From: Candidatus Cloacimonadota bacterium
Lineage (GTDB): Bacteria > Cloacimonadota > Cloacimonadia > Cloacimonadales > TCS61
Reading direction: 5' to 3'
DNA: 64,000 nt
Assembly: GCA_018645365.1 (NCBI GenBank)
Contig: JABGOP010000002.1
Coordinates: 3,409 to 67,408, forward strand
Shown: positions 8,901 through 14,196 of the stretch, in pieces
Numbering within the stretch: the first letter of the stretch is position 1
Layout of the letters: every line of letters begins with the position of its first letter
Notes under the pieces: generated by a model
Database searches by the model: none
Seen by the model: the letters and a program-made list of their open reading frames with translations, nothing else
What the model was told of the DNA's origin: nothing
Program-made: the position numbers and the translations under genes

Positions 8901-10563
8901 AATTGAGGAATTCAAAATAACGGATAAGCATTATCGAAAAGATGACATCGAAATTGATTTAACTGCAAATTATGATATTCACGAATATTACGCAAATTTC
9001 GTAGATTTTTACGCTAGATTTGAACAAAAATTATCAAATATTCAAACTGAATTTTTAGGTGTTAGTCCACAAAAATTGATGCGTGTGAACGAGTTGACAG
9101 AGTGGAAAAAACATTTAAATAGTGGCGATAGCAGAGTTCAAAAATTAATGGAAAAATGTGATGAGTACAGTAATGAAATGGTATTGTTGATTAAAGAAGG
9201 CGTTGATTTTGGGCTTGATATCAATCAAAAAACAAAGGCCCTTTATTTTGTTGCTCAAATTTACGATTATGGTATGGAAATTATTTCAGTTCAAATGATG
9301 AGATTTATCAATGAATCTAACCAACTAAATAGTGGAGATATTGCCCAAAATCCAGTTGTTCAAAAACAATGGAAAGCAAATGTGTGGAAAAAAGCAAAAG
9401 AGTTTGCACTCGGATTTCAGAAGAAATCGGCTCAATATTACAACACAATTATGATGACTTTTGTGGATGATAAGGATTATTCTGACGAGTGGACAAATCT
9501 AACATTAAATAGACTAATTGATTGGAAAGTTCGTTCGCCGAAAACTTATCTTTATGCGTATTCTGATTCTACTTGGATTCAAAATAATATACCGATTAAT
9601 GATGTTATTTCTGCTGTAAATGTAGATTCTATATGGATAAATGCAGCCGAGTTTTCTGTAAACGACACCGTGAAATATTTAGAAATTTCACAGAATTTCA
9701 CGACCTATTTTGTGAAAAAATTCGAGAGTATTGTTAAACCAGAAAGATTTTCGGTAAATTATATTTATAACCAGCCAATAGGGATTTATTTGAATGGCGT
9801 AAAATTGGAAAAAGAGCACATTATTCAAGATACGATAAATGGAGAATTGCAGCTTAACACTAACTCTATCAGAAATCTTAAAGATGGTGAGAATACAATT
9901 ATTTTTGAGATTGAATATGATTCTTTGATGGTTGGGAAAAATAAGTTTATTGCTGATTTTGAGATGCAATACGACAAAGAAAAATATGATTTTGCCTTTT
10001 CAACAGAAAAGAAAATTCTTCTTTCTAATTTTTCATGGTTGACGAAAAAAGAAGATTTAGTAGATTCAACTTTTGCGATAGATTCGAGTTGGATTTTGGC
10101 AGATAGTGCTAATTTCTCATTCTTCAAAAATCAGATGTTTGGTCTGCAAAATAGTGAAGCTATCGAGATTTGGTCACCCGCAATTGATACGACAAAAATG
10201 GAAAATGTCTATTTCACAAAACAATTTAAGATTGATACCGAATTTGTGCGTGCGACCGCAAAATATATTGGTCAAAAATCAGTTTCAATCTGGATAAATG
10301 GCGAAGAAATAATTTCAAATGAAGAGATAATTTTTGACACAAAATTGAATCAAGTTCAAACGCAAGAGATAGAAATTTCACAGTTCATAAGTGGTCTCAA
10401 TACCATTTTGGTAAAAGTTGTTGGCGACAAAGCATTTAAGGGTTTTATTTTTGAAATGGAATATGTAGTGAAAAGGACGCTCGAAAATAGTGTTGACAAT
10501 AATATTGAGATTGAAAATGATGCAAACTTAAATGAAGGAGGAAACGATGAGATGGAAAATTAG
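5914..10563 (+). CDS. Giant (1549 aa) secreted TPR protein with BamD/CpoB(YbgF)-like F-x-K-x-YP repeats and two C-terminal beta-sandwich modules
   Basis: Uninterrupted 4650-nt ORF overlapping the upstream stop by 8 nt. Signal peptide MNRIKFIFLLLISFSLFAQ. Many TPR-like hairpins (e.g. IESYQKIEAEFPYSEYHTEAIYRLGAIYFELA). C-terminus has two similar modules (...YFVKKFESIVKPERFSVNYIYNQPIGIYLNGVKL... and ...VYFTKQFKIDTEFVRATAKYIGQKSVSIWINGEEI...). Confidence 0.85.
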   Translation: MNRIKFIFLLLISFSLFAQNNELDEKFSQKMAYKRKVYEQTLKFITQNPESPGIAGLYFNLAEMSTEIDAASLRKTANYYQKVLELDPEFIYQDAVLYNIGYFTFEAEKDSLQNLRYQNIDLVVNWPDSLRISAEKAKIAIESYQKIEAEFPYSEYHTEAIYRLGAIYFELALDARNPQELYPIALKYFDTVARKKGDDLQHFGLFQRGWTNFTSGKFIDAIDDFTEILEIINRDSLKTTEKMFFEADAIENMAFSLSEYDENFVEKSVAAQKAKEIFSNFVSDEYGKEIILAAIDLKLKYNAPMQAIDLYNAFIEIYPQNRDCPSFVDSVMTVYKRYPSMTRNNVDAIDLIIAEEKRLVEDFTIDSAWFKSNSGKDISKQLGIIRKSFKRMGDIYHNKFITTNAEKDFVKFENLVARFCEFDIFLNEEIVQTQKDFRKRVIDLNFHLAEFSQNPVHYFNVVGKYREFNELYPNHADIFDFQENIFICLDKSYDLLLPQIETQTFVDTLHNITLDKNGLDSLYINASLDYEDLLSDVKLNRIQKSERVRTIYKRAKIRFEGNDLDSAFVDYEKLLTFRIDKNFKKICNVKLAEISELNGDFGFAEKFYQEASKFASKSEKKDLQQNALASINSAAETLLNNGNAEVAAAEYLRLAKELENTNVEKSIGFMLRAIDVYKNINEYQKAIDLFLQIADLKQNKNEILAAFSGAWSISDSLAENADLLSAITLWKQSENLRNQFIKKYKKSNEAYILRRQIIEFYENYQFNDKEKAAKMYIKLHNNASEMNLGEDSKEAVFAKAILIYEELKDEAKMVDLIVQFEKLYPNYSATDGLVGKIAALYIDRQNVDDLMSFEKMYPLHPDVDVVLRNLANIYLEDSDVSLMLSFQRKYPNHDASEILLNKVAEMYNKSKNIEDILAFTKMFPQHSASLELQKTTATIYHENGDEDKLEEIARLIKKKDPDYNLLEQLAIQKLVKINAEIDTLFVTEQFDLMLEKIEEFKITDKHYRKDDIEIDLTANYDIHEYYANFVDFYARFEQKLSNIQTEFLGVSPQKLMRVNELTEWKKHLNSGDSRVQKLMEKCDEYSNEMVLLIKEGVDFGLDINQKTKALYFVAQIYDYGMEIISVQMMRFINESNQLNSGDIAQNPVVQKQWKANVWKKAKEFALGFQKKSAQYYNTIMMTFVDDKDYSDEWTNLTLNRLIDWKVRSPKTYLYAYSDSTWIQNNIPINDVISAVNVDSIWINAAEFSVNDTVKYLEISQNFTTYFVKKFESIVKPERFSVNYIYNQPIGIYLNGVKLEKEHIIQDTINGELQLNTNSIRNLKDGENTIIFEIEYDSLMVGKNKFIADFEMQYDKEKYDFAFSTEKKILLSNFSWLTKKEDLVDSTFAIDSSWILADSANFSFFKNQMFGLQNSEAIEIWSPAIDTTKMENVYFTKQFKIDTEFVRATAKYIGQKSVSIWINGEEIISNEEIIFDTKLNQVQTQEIEISQFISGLNTILVKVVGDKAFKGFIFEMEYVVKRTLENSVDNNIEIENDANLNEGGNDEMEN
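8371..8766 (+). repeat. Four exact-period tandem 99-nt (33-codon) coding repeats inside the giant TPR gene
   Basis: Units start at 8371, 8470, 8569 and 8668: FEKLYPNYS..., FEKMYPLHP..., FQRKYPNHD..., FTKMFPQHS.... Conserved positions are F1, K/R3, Y/F5, P6, H/Y8, A19, Y22. Confidence 0.85.
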
Positions 10564-10795
10564 CGTAATTTTAATGATTATTGCCGTTTTTGGTTTTGCT
10601 CAAAATCCCAAAGTAAATTTAGATAAGTTTAAAGAGAAGAAAAAATTGGTGAGTGAAGAGGTAGTTGAAGAAACAATCCAGATTCGTAAGCCAGAAAATG
10701 CAGTGATGATGTCACGAAAGCGTACAAATTTAGAGTTTTATTATAAAATAAATATTCGTGAAAGATTAATAAAATCAAATAAATTATTATATTAA
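10547..10795 (+). CDS. Small secreted K/E-rich protein (82 aa), unknown function
   Basis: AGGAGG 10536-10541 with a 5-nt spacer to ATG 10547 (track start 10532). Signal peptide MRWKISVILMIIAVFGFAQ. Overlaps the end of the giant gene by 17 nt. Confidence 0.6.
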   Translation: MRWKISVILMIIAVFGFAQNPKVNLDKFKEKKKLVSEEVVEETIQIRKPENAVMMSRKRTNLEFYYKINIRERLIKSNKLLY

Positions 10796-10804
10796 GGAGA
10801 AAAA

Positions 10805-11530
10805 ATGAGTAGAAAATGGATGAAGGTGTTGTTAGTTGCAGTGTTTACTGTGATGTTTGGTAATTTAGCGGCGGTTAATTTGGTCGATATGTATATGGAT
10901 GGTGGACCATTTATGCACATAATTGCTGGTTTGTTTGTGGTTATGATTGTGGTGGCATTGGTTAAATTTTTCCAATTATCTATTACGGAAAAACTCGACA
11001 CGAAGAGATTTTACCTTAAATTGAAGGGTTACATTGCTAATGACCAATTTGGTGAAGCCGTTGAAATTAGTAGTCAGTTCAAAAAGACAACAATGGGTTT
11101 TATTTTCTGGAATGGTTTAGTTGCTTTTTTGGATGCTAAAAAAGCTGGTAAGAAAGGGTTTACATTGCAGAAAGATGTACAAAATGCTTTTGATGAAGCC
11201 GGCTTACAGAAAATGCCATCAATTGAAGCTGGACTTTTTTGGTTAGATATTATTGCACAAGTAGCTACTCTTCTTGGTTTGCTCGGAACTATTTTCGGCT
11301 TGGTTGCTGCTTTTGATGCTCTTGCAAATGCACCTGAAAATTTGAAGCAAAAAATGCTTACAGAGGGTATTTCGCAAGCAATGGGGACTACAGCGTGGGG
11401 TCTTTTGGTAGCAATTCCAACGATGGGTATAAAAGGTGCATTACAAGCAAAAGCCGATAAAATTGTTAATGATATTGATGAATACAGTGTGAAGATTATC
11501 AACAGAATTAGTTATAAAATAGAGGATTAA
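10805..11530 (+). CDS. exbB: MotA/TolQ/ExbB-family proton channel
   Basis: AAGGAG RBS. 241 aa with typical C-terminal TM pair and motif LLGLLGTIFGLVAAF...LTEGISQAMGTTAWGLLVAIP. Confidence 0.9.
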   Translation: MSRKWMKVLLVAVFTVMFGNLAAVNLVDMYMDGGPFMHIIAGLFVVMIVVALVKFFQLSITEKLDTKRFYLKLKGYIANDQFGEAVEISSQFKKTTMGFIFWNGLVAFLDAKKAGKKGFTLQKDVQNAFDEAGLQKMPSIEAGLFWLDIIAQVATLLGLLGTIFGLVAAFDALANAPENLKQKMLTEGISQAMGTTAWGLLVAIPTMGIKGALQAKADKIVNDIDEYSVKIINRISYKIED

Positions 11531-11533
11531 TCA

Positions 11534-12037
11534 ATGGCTTATGCTCCATCGAAATCAAGAAAGATATCGAGAAAAGAACCGAAAGAACCGAATCTTATTC
11601 CCATTATGAATCTGTTCATTGTTGTCATTCCGATGTTAATGACGATGATGGTTTCGGTTCATTTGGCGATGTTGGAAATCACTCTTCCAACTCCGTCTGG
11701 CGGTGGTGGTTCAGAAGAAATAGAACAAAAAGAAGAACCACCCAAAGAGATAATGTTGGCTCTTTTTCCCGATAAATTTGAGATAAGTATTGAAGGAAGT
11801 GAAGATGTTATCAAGATACCTATTTTGGAAAATACACATAATTACATGGAACTTCATAACAAAATGGGCGAATTAAAACTTGTACACGAAAGACAGCAAA
11901 CAGTTAAAATTATCCCCGACCCCAATGTGAAATTTGATACTTTGCTTCGTTCGGTTGATATTTGTAAAGGTAATGGGTTTCCAAACATAACTTATTCTAC
12001 AATTCAGAAAAAGTATTACCGTGTTGGTAAAAAATAG
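11534..12037 (+). CDS. exbD: ExbD/TolR-family protein, paralog 1 (Asn at the conserved TM Asp position)
   Basis: 167 aa. N-terminal basic segment plus TM NLIPIMNLFIVVIPMLM, aligning with TolR NIVPLLDVLLVL. Periplasmic alpha/beta domain (VKIIPDPNVKFDTLLRSVDICKGNGF). Confidence 0.8.
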   Translation: MAYAPSKSRKISRKEPKEPNLIPIMNLFIVVIPMLMTMMVSVHLAMLEITLPTPSGGGGSEEIEQKEEPPKEIMLALFPDKFEISIEGSEDVIKIPILENTHNYMELHNKMGELKLVHERQQTVKIIPDPNVKFDTLLRSVDICKGNGFPNITYSTIQKKYYRVGKK

Positions 12038-12046
12038 AGGACTGAG

Positions 12047-12685
12047 ATGATACGATCAAATGTTGCTGTGAATAGGGGGAGAATTCAACCGGGTGGGTCA
12101 ATATCAAGTCGTTTCAAGATTAAGGCAAAAGGGAAAAAAGCGAAAGATTTAAACATCACTTCCCTGATTGATATTTTAACGATTTTGTTAGTTTTTATGA
12201 TTAAAAATGTTTCGATGGATGCTGCCCAAAAGAATGCTCCAGAAGGTATGGAAATGCCAACGACATTCAATAAAAATGAACTAATTGAAAGTGGTGATGC
12301 GGTTTTTGTGAAAATATATTCACCAAAAATTGATGGTCAAACTGGCGAAGAATTGGACGGTAAAATTCTTTACGGAAAAGAGAATATTTTGGTAGGCAGT
12401 TTATCTAATTTTGTTTCTGATAATAACATTCGCAAAGTTCTTTTGCAATATTTGAAGTTGGAATCGAAACAAATTAGTAAAACAGTGGATAGTGAAGGTA
12501 AAAGTAAAATTCCTTGTTTGTTGATTCAAGCTGATAAAGACTTGGAATGTCGCTATATTACTGAATTTATTAAATTTAGTGGACAGGCTTCTTTTGCAAA
12601 TATCTACTTTTCCACAATTCATACTGAAAACCAGGATGAAGTTTTGGGGATTGTGGCAAACTCAGCAGAAGTGGTTGGAAATTAG
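12047..12685 (+). CDS. exbD: ExbD/TolR-family protein, paralog 2 (Asp retained, extended periplasmic domain)
   Basis: GAGGA RBS. 212 aa. TM LNITSLIDILTILLVFMI with the conserved Asp. Longer periplasmic part ending LLIQADKDLECRYITEFIKFSGQASF. Confidence 0.8.
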   Translation: MIRSNVAVNRGRIQPGGSISSRFKIKAKGKKAKDLNITSLIDILTILLVFMIKNVSMDAAQKNAPEGMEMPTTFNKNELIESGDAVFVKIYSPKIDGQTGEELDGKILYGKENILVGSLSNFVSDNNIRKVLLQYLKLESKQISKTVDSEGKSKIPCLLIQADKDLECRYITEFIKFSGQASFANIYFSTIHTENQDEVLGIVANSAEVVGN

Positions 12686-12691
12686 GCGGTT

Positions 12692-14164
12692 ATGATGAAT
12701 AAAATTTTGAATTTAACTTTATCTTATAGAGGGAAACATCTAGATACCATCAAACATAATCGTGACTTTAAGAATAAATTTATTATCGGCAGCGACAAAC
12801 ATTTATTTTGGCAAATTCTCGATAAGAATTTCCCACAAAAACACACTTTTTTAACTTTTTCAGGTGGGAAATATGTTATTCATCTTTTGGAAAATATGGA
12901 TATTTCGGTTCGAAAAAATGATGATGAACTTTCCCATGATGAAATAGGTAAAATGCTGATTAATAATAAACTTCAGCTTTCCGCAAACATAAATGGTTCA
13001 ATAGCTTTTGCCGATTGGGAAATTGGCTATAAATTTGTGGAACCTTTCAAATTGAACCTAAAACATTTTTCAAAGGCAGAAATTGCAACTGCTATAAAAA
13101 AATACGGTCGAAGAGAACCAATCTCAAAAGAACATAAATTTACGACATTTTTCTTGCTTTTTGGATTGCTTTTTACAGCCGTTGGGCTTTATATTGGCAC
13201 AAAAAATTATGTACCACCAGCTGAAATTAGCTTTACCGAACGCTTCCAAAAAGTGGAGGAAATTGCCACTCGAATTGAAGCAGAAATGGAAGAAATTGAA
13301 TTAGAAAAAAAAGAAGATACACCAAAAGTTGATGTAACGAAGCATCGTGCAGAAACAGCAGAAGCTGCTGAAGAAGCAGTGGAAAAAGCACAAGAGGTGG
13401 CAGCAGCAGATTTTGCCGCAGAATTTGGTTTGGAATTTGATGAAACTGCAACTACTGGTGGTGACGATTTTGGTGGTGAAATTTTGGAAATTGCCCAAGT
13501 TAATGATATTGTCGTAGCACCTCAAACTGGTGGTGGCAGTGGAACTGGTGAAATTCCGGGCTCTGGTAGTGGCTCTGCTTTATCTGGTTCTGGTAGTGGT
13601 GAGCTAGATTTTGGATCTGGCGGTGATTTCGGTGGTTTTGGCGACGGTGGTGGTCTCGGTGATTTAGGTAGTCTTTCGGGTGGGAATTTGGAAGGTTTAG
13701 ATCTCGGTGGCGCAGGTTTAGAAGAGATTGATATTTCGGCTATTGGCGGAAAAATTGGTAATTTGAAAACGATTAAAATTCAAAGCAATGCACAACTTGC
13801 TGCTGCTAAGAAAAAGTTTGCTGGCGTGAAAGCAGTCAAAGAAGAAGCTATTGAGTTGGAAGAAATTACACCAGAAGCAAAAACGGAAATTGCGAAAATT
13901 AACCAAATTGTGAATACATATCGACCGCAAATTGCTAGTCGTTATCGAGTGGAATCGATGAAATATGATATGTATGGAACGATGAATATCACGCTTTACA
14001 TTGAAGAAAATGGTACTATTGTAGCGGTTGAATTTGACATTACAGTCGGCAGTCATTTCACAGATGAATTTTTGGAAATTGTCCGTGCGATAATTTTAAA
14101 ATGGAAAATCCCAGTTAAAGAAGCCCAGATTTTTGAGTTCCGCCAAAAATTTGTGAAACAATAA
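12692..14164 (+). CDS. Bitopic TonB_C/AgmX-PglI-like energy-transducer candidate with cytoplasmic N-domain, acidic helix and Gly-rich linker
   Basis: 490 aa. ~150-aa N-terminal domain, single TM FTTFFLLFGLLFTAVGLYIGT, E/A-rich helix, then G/S/D low-complexity region. C-terminal ~90 aa follow the TonB_C-like pattern (YRPQIASRYRVE...GTMNITLYIEENGTIVAVEFD...ILKWKIPV...FEFRQKF). Confidence 0.7.
   Translation: MMNKILNLTLSYRGKHLDTIKHNRDFKNKFIIGSDKHLFWQILDKNFPQKHTFLTFSGGKYVIHLLENMDISVRKNDDELSHDEIGKMLINNKLQLSANINGSIAFADWEIGYKFVEPFKLNLKHFSKAEIATAIKKYGRREPISKEHKFTTFFLLFGLLFTAVGLYIGTKNYVPPAEISFTERFQKVEEIATRIEAEMEEIELEKKEDTPKVDVTKHRAETAEAAEEAVEKAQEVAAADFAAEFGLEFDETATTGGDDFGGEILEIAQVNDIVVAPQTGGGSGTGEIPGSGSGSALSGSGSGELDFGSGGDFGGFGDGGGLGDLGSLSGGNLEGLDLGGAGLEEIDISAIGGKIGNLKTIKIQSNAQLAAAKKKFAGVKAVKEEAIELEEITPEAKTEIAKINQIVNTYRPQIASRYRVESMKYDMYGTMNITLYIEENGTIVAVEFDITVGSHFTDEFLEIVRAIILKWKIPVKEAQIFEFRQKFVKQ
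13529..13717 (+). repeat. GGT/GGC-rich low-complexity coding tract (Gly/Ser/Asp linker)
   Basis: Encodes GGGSGTGEIPGSGSGSALSGSGSGELDFGSGGDFGGFGDGGGLGDLGSLSGGNLEGLDLGGAG. Imperfect and locally GC-rich compared with its surroundings. Confidence 0.8.
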
Positions 14165-14170
14165 AAAAGG

Positions 14171-14194
14171 AAGCCCTCTACTGAGGGCTTTTTT
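14171..14194 (+). terminator. Rho-independent terminator closing the TPR/ExbBD operon
   Basis: AAGCCCTC (14171-14178), loop TACT, GAGGGCTT (14183-14190), then TTTT. Starts 7 nt after the stop codon. Confidence 0.85.
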
Positions 14195-14196
14195 AA

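Noticed and set aside
11074-11502. 142-aa minus-strand ORF fully inside exbB.
   Set aside because: It is antisense to a gene with clear MotA/ExbB motifs. It has no RBS, and its composition mirrors the sense strand. The same reasoning applies to the antisense ORFs at 12085-12622, 13233-14056, 16669-17452, 42604-42897 and 52103-52583.
13529-13717. GGT-rich tract considered as a DNA-level tandem repeat (VNTR) or as a foreign insert, because of its local GC richness.
   Set aside because: The repeats are imperfect and have no fixed period. The tract is in frame and simply encodes a Gly/Ser/Asp linker, so the GC rise is explained by Gly codons.
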